Origin: a bacterium | GTDB lineage: Bacteria > Electryoneota > Electryoneia > Electryoneales > Electryoneaceae | Length of the DNA: 64,000 nucleotides | Reading direction: 5' to 3' | NCBI GenBank assembly: GCA_963675295.2 | Contig: CAXXKJ010000002.1 | Span: 3,296,001-3,360,000, forward strand | In this document: positions 21,147-30,833 of the stretch, piece after piece | Numbering within the stretch: position 1 is the stretch's first letter | Layout of the letters: every line of letters begins with the position of its first letter | The notes under the pieces: generated by a model | Told to the model about the DNA's origin: nothing | The model's input: only the letters and a program-made list of their open reading frames with translations | Database searches by the model: none | Made by a program: the position numbers and the translations under genes

Positions 21147-23309
21147 ATGCGGTATTTCGTGGCAGTATTGTTGTTCCTGACGGTTACGGCCAACGCATTC
21201 GCTGACTGGGGGCATATCAAGGGACCCTTCTTCGGCCAGGTTGGCCGTATGGAGAGCCTTCCCTCAGGAGGATTGCTGCTGGCGACCAGTGGCGGCTTGT
21301 TCGCCTCCACCGATGGCGGCGACACGTGGTTTTTCACCGGCCTCGGTTCGATGGATGATCCCAACGCCGGCAATCTCGTTTCCTTTGACGCCTTCGAGGA
21401 TGAGGATGGGTCGGTTTACGTAGCCATGGAGGAGGTATTCGCGGGCACGACCGCGCTGAATGATTTTCACCGACTTCAGTTGCCGAATCCTGTCTACGGA
21501 GTGGAGTCAATCCTGAAATCCGACGGAACCTGGATTCTCGCCAGCGCGCTTGAGATCTGGCGTTCTGTTGACGATATGCAGAGTTTCACCGAGCCGTATG
21601 CCATCGCGCCAGTTTTCAACGATATCGTGTCTGTATTCGAAGATCCGTCCAACGGCACCCTGCTCGCGGATCTAACGAGCCCCGGCGGTACGTACTTCCT
21701 GCTCTCCATCGACAACGGGCAGACCTGGACCGAGCAGCAGATTACCGGTGTGTACGGCGAACTGTTCGATCCGCAGTTTGGCGCGGATGGGCTGCTGTAT
21801 TTTGGCAACAACTACCAGAACCAGGGTCATCTGCGGTACACGACGGATTATGGCGTCACCAACACCGAATTCTATGCGCCCGACGGAAATTACGAACTCC
21901 ACAGCCTGACACTTGGAGACAACGGCCGAATCGCCTGCGGGCGTCATCTGGGCTTGATTGTCTCAACCGACGGCGGTTCATCGTTCTCCAATGTCATCAA
22001 CGACGTCTACAGTCCGTCCGTGATTCAGTACCACAACGGTGAACTCTTTGCTGGGAACGCAGACGGCGTGCAAAAATCGAACGATGACGGCGGAACCTGG
22101 TCTCAGCAGAACGACGGTTTCATGGTTCAGGACATGGTGACCGCGAACATCGACACGGATGGCAATGCGTGGATCGCGGATTCCGGGCGCTTGTACAAGC
22201 AAACCGGCGATAGTTGGACGCTGGTTGACTTGCCGGGTGATGGCACACCCTACATCACCGAAATCGGTGTCGCCGGCAGCGGACGAGTACTCCTATTCGG
22301 GCGGGACAATGATGGAACCGTGCGGATTTTCTACACCGACAACGGCGGTGATACCTGGTCGGCGGCGACCGGTATAGACGCTTCCGACTACAACGACTTC
22401 TCACGACTGATCGAACCAGGTGATGGCAACCTGTACGTCGGCCATACCGCGTTCGGGCCGCTGGTGTCGGACGACAACGGCGCGTCGTGGTCAACCATCA
22501 ACGCGGACGGTGCCGGACAACTTGCGATCGCCGGTGATGGCACGATGTACGTATCGCATTGGTCCGGCTTGAAGAAGTCGGTTGACGGTGGTACGACATG
22601 GACCACAGTCAACGAAATCTCCTCCCCCGGGAACGTTGCCGCTTCCCCGGCGAGCGGAGCGGCGCTGGTGGCCAGTTGGTTGAATCTGATGCTGTACAAT
22701 CCGGACAACGATTCCTGGACTGAAATCGGCAACAACCTGAACTCCGCGCTGAACAACGCGTGGTATACGGAAATCACCAGCTACGGTTTCGACGAGGAAG
22801 GGGATATCTTCGCCGTGGTGGCGATCGACGATTTCGGCAGTGGCCGGAATTTCACTCGCGTACTGGTGTCCGAGGACAACGGTGCATCGTTCGTTGATGA
22901 AACCGGTGATGGTTACATCAACTTCTCGGTTGCGGAACAGATCCGGCGCAGCGGTCAGGGGATGATGCTGGCAATCACCAACATGGGCCTGTTCGGTGAA
23001 GACCTGCAGGCCGGAGTCGTGGAAAATGAAGCTGTCGCCGCGCCTCGTGAGTTCAGCCTCGAGCAGAACTACCCGAATCCGTTCAATCCGGAAACGACCA
23101 TCCGTTTCAGCGTCCCAGCCAGCGGGCAGGTCACGCTTGCGGTGTACGATCTGCTCGGACGTGAAGTCGCGCGCTTGGTGGATGAGATCGTTCCGGCCGG
23201 TTCACAATGGGTCATCTTCGATGGATCGCAGCTCAGCAGTGGTGTGTATTTCTACCAGTTGCGGGCGAACGGCCAATCAGCTGTGAACCGGATGGTTCTG
23301 CTGAAGTGA
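21147..23309 (+). CDS. Secreted BNR/Asp-box repeat beta-propeller protein with C-terminal T9SS/FlgD-type domain
   Basis: Repeated SxDxGxTW boxes; QNYPNPFNPETTI...SGVYFYQL...MVLLK. Confidence 0.85.
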   Translation: MRYFVAVLLFLTVTANAFADWGHIKGPFFGQVGRMESLPSGGLLLATSGGLFASTDGGDTWFFTGLGSMDDPNAGNLVSFDAFEDEDGSVYVAMEEVFAGTTALNDFHRLQLPNPVYGVESILKSDGTWILASALEIWRSVDDMQSFTEPYAIAPVFNDIVSVFEDPSNGTLLADLTSPGGTYFLLSIDNGQTWTEQQITGVYGELFDPQFGADGLLYFGNNYQNQGHLRYTTDYGVTNTEFYAPDGNYELHSLTLGDNGRIACGRHLGLIVSTDGGSSFSNVINDVYSPSVIQYHNGELFAGNADGVQKSNDDGGTWSQQNDGFMVQDMVTANIDTDGNAWIADSGRLYKQTGDSWTLVDLPGDGTPYITEIGVAGSGRVLLFGRDNDGTVRIFYTDNGGDTWSAATGIDASDYNDFSRLIEPGDGNLYVGHTAFGPLVSDDNGASWSTINADGAGQLAIAGDGTMYVSHWSGLKKSVDGGTTWTTVNEISSPGNVAASPASGAALVASWLNLMLYNPDNDSWTEIGNNLNSALNNAWYTEITSYGFDEEGDIFAVVAIDDFGSGRNFTRVLVSEDNGASFVDETGDGYINFSVAEQIRRSGQGMMLAITNMGLFGEDLQAGVVENEAVAAPREFSLEQNYPNPFNPETTIRFSVPASGQVTLAVYDLLGREVARLVDEIVPAGSQWVIFDGSQLSSGVYFYQLRANGQSAVNRMVLLK

Positions 23310-23347
23310 TCCGGGATGGTTCATCCACTCCAGGTTTTTGAACGTAA

Positions 23348-23379
23348 AAGTGGCCGTGTCTGAGTGCAGACACGGCCAC
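23348..23379. repeat. Palindrome between convergent genes, related to the REP-like units at 8785-8919
   Basis: GTGGCCGTGTCTG-agtg-CAGACACGGCCAC 13-bp stem; 22/29 identical by hand to the 8891-8919 unit. Confidence 0.6.
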
Positions 23380-23419
23380 GACTGTCTTGTGACACGGAAA
23401 CGATCTTAGTCTTCCGGCG

Positions 23420-24877
23420 CTATCCTTCGTGTGGCCAACGCACGTTCGGCTTGCGTGACGCGGCAGCCTCGTCCAGGCGTTTCACCGGTGTGTTGTACGG
23501 CGCGTCGTGCAGGAATTCCGGCTTCGACATCGCCTCTTCCGAGATCGTGTGCATGATCTCAATGAACCGGTCGAGGGTTTCCTTGGTTTCGGTTTCGGTC
23601 GGCTCGATCATCATCGCTTCGTGCACGATCAGCGGGAAATACACCGTCGGCGCGTGCATGCCGAAGTCGAGCAGACGTTTCGCGATGTCCAGCGCGCGGG
23701 CGCCGTTCTTCGCCTGTTTGTCGGCGCTGAAGACCACCTCGTGCAGGCAGCGGTCCGGGAACGGCAACACGAAATCCTTTTGCAGCAGGATGCGTAGATA
23801 GTTGGCGTTGGTGATTGCCGCCCGGGAAACATCCTCGAGCCCGTCCTTGCCGTTGGCGAGGATGTAGGTGTAAGCGCGCAGCAGCACGAGGAAATTGCCG
23901 TAGAAGCCTTGCATCTTGCCGATGGATTTTGGCCGCACCCAGTCGTGGAAGAAAACTTCCTCTTCCTTACGGATCACCGGAGTCGGCAGATACGGTTCCA
24001 GCGCATCGACGCAGCACACCGGTCCGGCTCCCGGCCCGCCGCCACCGTGCGGCGTGGAGAACGTCTTGTGCACGTTAATGTGCATCACATCGAAGCCCAT
24101 TTTGGCCGGATAGGTGATGCCGAGCAGCGCGTTCAGGTTTGCGCCATCCATGTACATGAACCCGCCGGCGTCATGCACGATCTTCGCGATTTCCTGGATG
24201 TTGCTTTCGAAAATGCCGAGCGTGTTCGGGTTGGTGATCATCATCCCGACGAGCCGGTCGTCCACGGCCTTGCGCACCTCTTCCGGATCGACCGTGCCAT
24301 CGTCCCCGGATTTCAGCTCCACCACTTCGCAGCCGGCGAGCATGATCGTTGCCGGGTTGGTCCCATGCGCGGAGTCCGGTATGATGACACGCTTGCGCTT
24401 CATGTCACCATGATCCTCATGATACTTCTTCATCAGCATCAGGCCGGTGAGCTCACCGGACGCTCCCGCTGGGGGCTGCAGGGTAACGGCGCTGAAGCCG
24501 GTGATCGCCTTGAGCTGTTCACCGAGTTCATACAACACTTCCAGCGCGCCCTGGGCGTACCGGGTCGGTGTGAACGGGTGCAGCTCCGAGAAATTCGCGT
24601 TCCCGACCACCTGCTCATTGATCTTCGGGTTGTACTTCATGGTGCACGACCCGAGCGGGTAAAAGTCCCGGTCAACGTGATGGTTCAGGTTCGAGAGGCG
24701 ATGGAAGTGACGGATGACGTCGTTCTCGCTCACTTCCGGCAACGGTGCGTCCGTTTGACGGCGCAGCTTCTTCGGCAAAGGTTGCGCGGCCGGAACATCG
24801 GAGACCGGCAATCGTACGCCACGCCGGCCATGGGCAGACAATTCGTAGAGCAGCTTTTCCGGCATCGGGTTCTGCAT
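23420..24877 (-). CDS. gcvPB: Glycine dehydrogenase (decarboxylating) subunit 2
   Basis: YPLGSCTMKYNPK, PDSAHGTNPAT, PLP-lysine motif HINVHKTFSTPHGGGGPG. Confidence 0.95.
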   Translation of the reverse strand: MQNPMPEKLLYELSAHGRRGVRLPVSDVPAAQPLPKKLRRQTDAPLPEVSENDVIRHFHRLSNLNHHVDRDFYPLGSCTMKYNPKINEQVVGNANFSELHPFTPTRYAQGALEVLYELGEQLKAITGFSAVTLQPPAGASGELTGLMLMKKYHEDHGDMKRKRVIIPDSAHGTNPATIMLAGCEVVELKSGDDGTVDPEEVRKAVDDRLVGMMITNPNTLGIFESNIQEIAKIVHDAGGFMYMDGANLNALLGITYPAKMGFDVMHINVHKTFSTPHGGGGPGAGPVCCVDALEPYLPTPVIRKEEEVFFHDWVRPKSIGKMQGFYGNFLVLLRAYTYILANGKDGLEDVSRAAITNANYLRILLQKDFVLPFPDRCLHEVVFSADKQAKNGARALDIAKRLLDFGMHAPTVYFPLIVHEAMMIEPTETETKETLDRFIEIMHTISEEAMSKPEFLHDAPYNTPVKRLDEAAASRKPNVRWPHEG

Positions 24878-25107
24878 CAGCGGTAAATCCTTGACTCAGT
24901 GTGGATCGTTCTGCTTGGAGAGGTACGTCTCAGGCCCTCTCAGATCTGGGTAAAGAAGGTAGGAATATACAGCTCGCCGGGCAGTCTCGCTGAACCGGCT
25001 CAATCTCTCGGTTACGATGGAGCCGTGCCACTGACAATTGCACCTTTTCCCTAGCGCAGACGGTAACGTTCACCAGAGCTGTCGTCCATCCAACATCGGG
25101 GGGTATC

Positions 25108-25545
25108 GTGAAACGCGGGATCACTTTTCTATTTCTGGTCATCAGCCTGTTCATGCTGCTGTCAGCGGCACAAGCTGAAGAGGAGACTCGAGAAGGGCTG
25201 TTGCTGCACATGAGCAAAGGCGAGGATCATGCGCACGAGGTACTGATGCCATTGAGCCTCGGACTCAAGATGCATGAAGCCAAGGCGGTGCAATTTTTCC
25301 TCGACATCGACGCTGTGAACCTGGTAAAGAAGGGTGCGGAACCGGTATCATTCAGAGGTTTCGACCATGCCTCCAACATTCTGATTGAACGGTTGTTGGC
25401 TGCCGGCGTTGGCATTCATGTGTGTCCAATGTGCATGAAGGCGGCAGGCATGACGGAAGATGATTTGATCGAAGGGGTCGTTGTTGCGGGTCCGGACACC
25501 TTTCATGGGTTTACCAGCGGGCGGATCGTCACATTGGACTGGTAG
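25108..25545 (+). CDS. DsrE/DsrF-like protein with signal peptide
   Basis: FFLDIDAV..., VCPMCMKAAG..DLIEGV motif. Confidence 0.7.
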   Translation: MKRGITFLFLVISLFMLLSAAQAEEETREGLLLHMSKGEDHAHEVLMPLSLGLKMHEAKAVQFFLDIDAVNLVKKGAEPVSFRGFDHASNILIERLLAAGVGIHVCPMCMKAAGMTEDDLIEGVVVAGPDTFHGFTSGRIVTLDW

Positions 25546-25920
25546 CAGGTTCCGCGCGAAGACATGTAGCAGGCGTTCTCGTTGTGAACCTCGCCATTGT
25601 TCCAAGTGCGAGTCTGGGTAGAATTCACGTTGACTCCCCGGGAGCATGCCTGTATATTCAGGGGTTCAATTTGAACCGGTCTATCTGGACCGGTTTCGTT
25701 TGCAGGGAAGGGTCTGGAGTGCAGGGAGTTTTGTGGGGGCGACGGGTTCGGGTAGAGCCCGGGAGTCATCCCTTCCCATCTCCGCAGGCACACAGTTGAG
25801 TCTGTGCCATTCTCCCCTTAACCTTGCAAGTTCGCAAACAGCCAACGCCAGCCATCCCGGGAAGGTCTCCGCGGCTGGTCCAACACCGCCTTTTGGGCGC
25901 CGAACAGACGCTATGGTTCA

Positions 25921-27996
25921 ATGAAAGGTTCCCATCTTTTCCGCACTCTGCTGATTCTCGTGCTGGTTGTGCTCGCGGTCGTGAATTTGTATCCGACCTT
26001 CCGTGGCATGCAGCTCGAGAAGAATTTGGAGCAGAAGCTCCAGCAGATCAGCGATGCCACTGGCATGCCAGTCAACATCCTTCGTGAGGACATCTTCCGG
26101 TTCGATGTCGATCTCGCCTACAAGATCCGTAAGCAGACGGATTTGAGCGACGATCAGAAAGCCGAACTGATTGGTCTCGTGAATGAGCTGCGTGGAGATT
26201 TCTTCGCGGAGTTTGAGGATGTCAGTGATGGATCGATCAAGCTCGGTCTCGACTTGCAGGGCGGCATGCACCTCATCCTTGAGGTGAGTCTTGTCGACCT
26301 GATGGACCGTCTGGCCAAGGGTACGGACCAGACCTACGACGAGATCTCGAACGCCGTTCGCGAGCAGTTGAACGACGATCCGACGCTTGAGTTCGATCAG
26401 GTGGTTGTGCAGCAATTCGCCGACCGTGGCGTGCCGATGGCACGGTACTTCGGTGACCCACGCCAGAGCGACCGTGAAATCGTCCGCATGCTCGGTGAGC
26501 AGGCGGAGGAAGCGGTCAACCTGACGTTGACCAAGCTGCGTAACCGTATCGACGAGTTCGGCGTGTCCGAGCCTTCGATCACGCGCCAGGGTGCCCGCCG
26601 CATCGTGGTTGAGCTGCCGGGTGTGCAAGATCCGACCCGTGCGCGCAACCTGATCGGGCGGACCGCGCTGCTCGAGTTCAAGCTCGTGGCGGATGCGGAA
26701 GTCAGCGCGCGTGTCATTCAGGATATTGACGAGTACCTGCGTCAGAATTCAGACAATCCTGAGTTGATGGACGCTGAGGGTGATACGTCAGCCACCGCGG
26801 ATGAGGAAATGGCCGCGGAAGAGATGACGGACGCGGACACGACCGCCGGTGACGAAGAACAGACCAGCACCGAACGTCTTCTTGGCGAAGACGGCGGCGA
26901 CATGGCGGAGAGCAGCGGTTCGAATTACGATCCGAACCGTCCGTTCAGCAGCCTGATGAGCTTGTTTGGGCGGCAGATCGTGGTGCTTGAGTCCGACCGC
27001 GACCGAGTCGAAGCGATTCTCGGCCGACAGGATGTTCAGAACATCATCCCGCCTGAGTACGAGTTCCTCTGGAGCAATAAGGAAAACACCGACCAGCAGG
27101 GTCGCGCGTTCAACTACCTGTATCTGCTGAAGTCGAAAGCGGAGCTGACGGGTAACGCGTTGAGCGACGCGCAGGTGACGATCGGCAGCGGTTCCGCTGA
27201 TCCGACCCAGGCCGGTCAGGCGATTGTAACGCTGACGATGAAGCGTGAAGGCGCGCGCACATTTGCCCGTGTCACCGAGAACAACATCGGTGAGCAGCTG
27301 GCGATCGTGCTGGATGACAAGGTGCACATGGCACCGAACATCCGGTCCCGGATTCCGGACGGCCGCGCGATCATCGAAGGCATGGAAAGCGTTGAAGAGG
27401 CGGACGACATCTCGATCGTACTGCGCGCGGGTGCGTTGCCGGCACCGGTTGAGATCATCGAAGAACGGACCGTTGGTCCGAGCCTCGGTGAGGATTCGAT
27501 TCGGGCTGGTACGTTGAGTGCCATCACCGGTCTCATCCTGGTCATGGTCTTCATGGTCATCTACTATCGTGGCAGCGGTATCGTTGCTGACTTGGCGTTG
27601 TTGCTGAACATCGTCTTCCTGATGGCGGTTCTGGCGGGCTTCGGGTTTACTCTGACCCTGCCGGGTATCGCGGGCATCATCCTCACGATCGGTATGGCGG
27701 TAGACGCCAACGTGCTCATCTTCGAGCGTATTCGTGAGGAACTCACTGCGGGCAAGACGGTGTGGAACGCTGTCAAGAACGGGTTCGACCGTGCGTTGAT
27801 CACGATTCTCGACGCGAACATCACCACCATGATCGCGGGCATCATTCTGTACCAGTTCGGTACCGGCCCGATCCGTGGTTTCGCCTTGACCCTGATGATT
27901 GGTATCGCCGCGTCCGTGTTCACCGCCCTGGTGGTGAGCCGTGCGATTTTCGATTACATCACCGCCCGTTGGTCGGTTAAAAAGCTGAGTATCTGA
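25921..27996 (+). CDS. secD: Protein translocase subunit SecD
   Basis: LGLDLQGG, RIDEFGVSEP, VGPSLG, GMAVDANVLIFERIREE. Confidence 0.96.
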   Translation: MKGSHLFRTLLILVLVVLAVVNLYPTFRGMQLEKNLEQKLQQISDATGMPVNILREDIFRFDVDLAYKIRKQTDLSDDQKAELIGLVNELRGDFFAEFEDVSDGSIKLGLDLQGGMHLILEVSLVDLMDRLAKGTDQTYDEISNAVREQLNDDPTLEFDQVVVQQFADRGVPMARYFGDPRQSDREIVRMLGEQAEEAVNLTLTKLRNRIDEFGVSEPSITRQGARRIVVELPGVQDPTRARNLIGRTALLEFKLVADAEVSARVIQDIDEYLRQNSDNPELMDAEGDTSATADEEMAAEEMTDADTTAGDEEQTSTERLLGEDGGDMAESSGSNYDPNRPFSSLMSLFGRQIVVLESDRDRVEAILGRQDVQNIIPPEYEFLWSNKENTDQQGRAFNYLYLLKSKAELTGNALSDAQVTIGSGSADPTQAGQAIVTLTMKREGARTFARVTENNIGEQLAIVLDDKVHMAPNIRSRIPDGRAIIEGMESVEEADDISIVLRAGALPAPVEIIEERTVGPSLGEDSIRAGTLSAITGLILVMVFMVIYYRGSGIVADLALLLNIVFLMAVLAGFGFTLTLPGIAGIILTIGMAVDANVLIFERIREELTAGKTVWNAVKNGFDRALITILDANITTMIAGIILYQFGTGPIRGFALTLMIGIAASVFTALVVSRAIFDYITARWSVKKLSI

Positions 27997-27999
27997 CCC

Positions 28000-28920
28000 A
28001 TGCTTCAGATTTTCCGAAACACCAACTACGACTTCCAGAGCAAGCGCCGTGTCGCGTTCGTTATCAGCGGCGCGCTCATTCTGATCGGAATCATCGCCAC
28101 GATCATGCGTGGCGGCCCGAACTATTCGATTGACTTCACCGGCGGTCTGCAGATGATGCTGCGATTTGAGACGCCGGTTGAGGAAGGCGATGTTCGCACC
28201 GCTGTCGCGGATCTTGGCTACACCGATGCCGAAGTCAAAACCATTACTGGTCGTGGCCAGCAGGATGTGATGATTCGCATCCCGGTTCTGACCGGTCATG
28301 ATGATCTCAGCGACGAACTGCAGGCTGGCTTGCAGGGGCAGTTCCCGGACGATCCGCTGACGGTCCGCAGTGTGGAAACCGTCGGTCCGAAGATCGGTCA
28401 CGAGCTGCGGAATGCGGCGATCCTCGCGATCCTCGCGTCCCTGTTCTTCATCGTCATCTACATCAGCTGGCGATTCCGGTACCGCTACGCCATCGCCGCG
28501 CTTGCCGCGTTGGCGCATGACGTGTTGATCGTGTTCGGCCTGTTCTCGATCCTCAATTTGCAGATCAGCCTCGCGGTCATCGCGGCGTTCCTGACCATCG
28601 TCGGTTATTCGCTGAACGATACAATCGTTGTTTTCGACCGTATCCGTGAAAACGTGAAGAAGCTGCGCGCGAAGAAGTTCTTCGACCAGATCAACATTTC
28701 GATCAACGAAACGCTGTCACGTACCGTACTGACATCCGGCACAACGTTGATCGTGGTCTTCATCCTTTACTTCTTCGGTGGAGCGGTGATTCACGACTTC
28801 GCGTTCGCGTTGTTGGCCGGTGTGATCGTCGGTACCTATTCGTCGATCTTCGTTGCCAGCCCGATTTTGATCGAGTGGGACAACGCTCGTCCGGACAAAC
28901 GCTCGAAAAAAACGATCTGA
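28000..28920 (+). CDS. secF: Protein translocase subunit SecF
   Basis: IDFTGG, VGPKIG, GYSLNDTIVVFDRIRE, GTYSSIFVA. Confidence 0.96.
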   Translation: MLQIFRNTNYDFQSKRRVAFVISGALILIGIIATIMRGGPNYSIDFTGGLQMMLRFETPVEEGDVRTAVADLGYTDAEVKTITGRGQQDVMIRIPVLTGHDDLSDELQAGLQGQFPDDPLTVRSVETVGPKIGHELRNAAILAILASLFFIVIYISWRFRYRYAIAALAALAHDVLIVFGLFSILNLQISLAVIAAFLTIVGYSLNDTIVVFDRIRENVKKLRAKKFFDQINISINETLSRTVLTSGTTLIVVFILYFFGGAVIHDFAFALLAGVIVGTYSSIFVASPILIEWDNARPDKRSKKTI

Positions 28921-28940
28921 CCTCGTTGAGGTTTCCTGTT

Positions 28941-28964
28941 GCCCGGGACCTCCCGGGCTTTTTT
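28941..28964 (+). terminator. Intrinsic terminator after secF
   Basis: GCCCGGGA-cc-TCCCGGGC followed by TTTTTT. Confidence 0.75.
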
Positions 28965-29035
28965 GTGCGCGGCAGTTTCGTTACTAACATTACCGGTAGC
29001 AACGTGTCAACAGACAAGCGCCGGAGGGTGGGAGA

Positions 29036-30340
29036 ATGGCAGTAACCGCTATTGTCGGATGCCAGTGGGGCGACGAAGGCAAAGGAAAGATTGTCGACCT
29101 GCTCAGTGAACCCGCGGATTTCGTTGGCCGCTACCAGGGCGGTCCGAACGCTGGCCACACTGTCGTTCACAAGGGTGACGAAACCATCCTGCACCAGATT
29201 CCGTCCGGGATTTTACATGAAGACGTGATCTGCCTGCTCGGCAATGGATCGGTCATCGACCCGCGCATCCTGTTCGAGGAGATTGACGAACTCGAGCGAA
29301 AAGGGGTCAAGGTCGCGGGCCGGCTGTTTATTAGCCACAAGGCTCACCTGATCATGCCGTACCATCGTGCCATCGACGAAGCCGCGGAACAGGCCGCCGG
29401 CAAAGGCAAGATCGGCACGACGGGGCGCGGTATCGGTCCAGCTTATACGGACAAATACCAACGATGCGGCGTGCGGATTGTTGACCTGCTCGATCGTGAC
29501 CACCTTGAGAAAAAGCTTCGCGCCAACCTCAAGGACAAGAACAAGCTGCTGCGGGATTATTACCACAGCACCGAGCTGGACGTCAAGCATATCCTCGACG
29601 AGTATCTCGACTTCGACAAGAAGGCCGATCCGTACATCAAGGACGTGTCGGTGATGCTAAACGACGCCATCGACCAGGGCAAGGACGTCCTGCTTGAGGG
29701 CGCGCAGGGTACGCTGCTGGACGTCGATCACGGAACCTACCCGTTCGTGACCAGCTCGAACCCGACCGCTGGTGCCGCCGCGACGGGCCTTGGCATCGGC
29801 CCGCGACGGATCAACCATGTTGTCGGCGTGATGAAGGCCTACACCACCCGTGTCGGCAACGGGCCCTTCCCCACCGAACTGGCGGAACCGCTGCAGAGCG
29901 AGTTTCGCAAGTGGGGCGGCGAGTACGGTGCGACAACCGGACGCGCCCGCCGTTGTGGCTGGCTCGACCTTGTCATCGGACGCTATTCCGCCCGTATCAA
30001 CGGGCTCGATTCGTGGGCGATTACCAAGCTGGACGTGCTCAGCGAACTGGATGAGATCAAGGTTTGCACGTCCTACAGGCACAAGGGAAAAACGATCCAT
30101 CACTTCCCGGCGGAACCGTGGTTGCTGGACGAAGTCGAACCGGTTTATGAAACCCTCCCGGGTTGGCGGCAAGACATTTCGGGAATCCGGCGGTATCGTG
30201 ATCTGCCGAACAATTGCCGCGCGTACCTGGATTTCATCCAGGATCAGACGAAAGTGCCCATCGGACTGATCAGCGTCGGCGCGGAACGGGAAGCCTACGT
30301 GCCACTATCCGCAGAGGCGTTGGGACTGGAGCAGCAGTGA
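29036..30340 (+). CDS. purA: Adenylosuccinate synthetase
   Basis: QWGDEGKGKIVD, GGPNAGHT, GTTGRGIGPAY, GATTGRARRCGW. Confidence 0.97.
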   Translation: MAVTAIVGCQWGDEGKGKIVDLLSEPADFVGRYQGGPNAGHTVVHKGDETILHQIPSGILHEDVICLLGNGSVIDPRILFEEIDELERKGVKVAGRLFISHKAHLIMPYHRAIDEAAEQAAGKGKIGTTGRGIGPAYTDKYQRCGVRIVDLLDRDHLEKKLRANLKDKNKLLRDYYHSTELDVKHILDEYLDFDKKADPYIKDVSVMLNDAIDQGKDVLLEGAQGTLLDVDHGTYPFVTSSNPTAGAAATGLGIGPRRINHVVGVMKAYTTRVGNGPFPTELAEPLQSEFRKWGGEYGATTGRARRCGWLDLVIGRYSARINGLDSWAITKLDVLSELDEIKVCTSYRHKGKTIHHFPAEPWLLDEVEPVYETLPGWRQDISGIRRYRDLPNNCRAYLDFIQDQTKVPIGLISVGAEREAYVPLSAEALGLEQQ

Positions 30341-30646
30341 CACGGTTGCGCGGGGTGTCCTGAATTTGTTTATTGCGGCCCGCGCAGGCTGGTTGGCGGG
30401 TGCGTGCGAAACGAGGCACCTGCAGAACCATGCACATGAAGTAGGCACTGCGGCGCTCAGATAGTCACTCTTGGCGCTGTGTGGATGTCCATTCGTCGAT
30501 TTCACTGTGACTTTGGTCAATTCACAGTGGATATCACTCAGGCTGTGGTCAATCCACAATCGGTGGCATTCAGATAGACTGTCTCTTCAGGTTTAACTAT
30601 TCGCCCGGATAGAGGGTGGCAATTTTTTCAAGCGAACGTGTTGTAT

Positions 30647-30719
30647 GAGGATGTAGCTCAGCTGGTAGAGCAGGGGCCTTTTAAGCCCAAGGCCGTGGGT
30701 TCGAGTCCCACCATCCTCA
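30647..30719 (+). tRNA. tRNA-Lys (anticodon UUU), CCA not encoded; likely island integration site
   Basis: Acceptor GAGGATG/CATCCTC, D arm GCTCAGCTGGTAGAGC, anticodon loop CTTTTAA, T arm GTGGGTTCGAGTCCCAC. Confidence 0.93.
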
Positions 30720-30833
30720 CTTGTTTATAAAGGACTTAGGGTATCTCCCGAGGTCCTTTTCTCGTTTTTGTCACACTCACGGCACACTCACCCTTTTTCC
30801 GTTGTACCTTCATGTCAACGATTGTGAACGGAG

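Noticed and set aside
24878-25107. Possible glycine riboswitch upstream of gcvPB (GGAGAG...TCTCAGG)
   Set aside because: The motifs are on the strand opposite to gcvPB, the CCGAAG core is missing and the spacing is too short
26788-28518. 576-aa minus-strand ORF, and similar long antisense ORFs such as 23909-24886, 13698-14774 and 10136-11086
   Set aside because: Shadow frames of well-supported genes in GC-rich DNA, with no recognisable motifs
30478-30560. DnaA boxes / oriC
   Set aside because: Only degenerate TGTGGA/TCCACA matches, no perfect TTATCCACA, and no dnaA context
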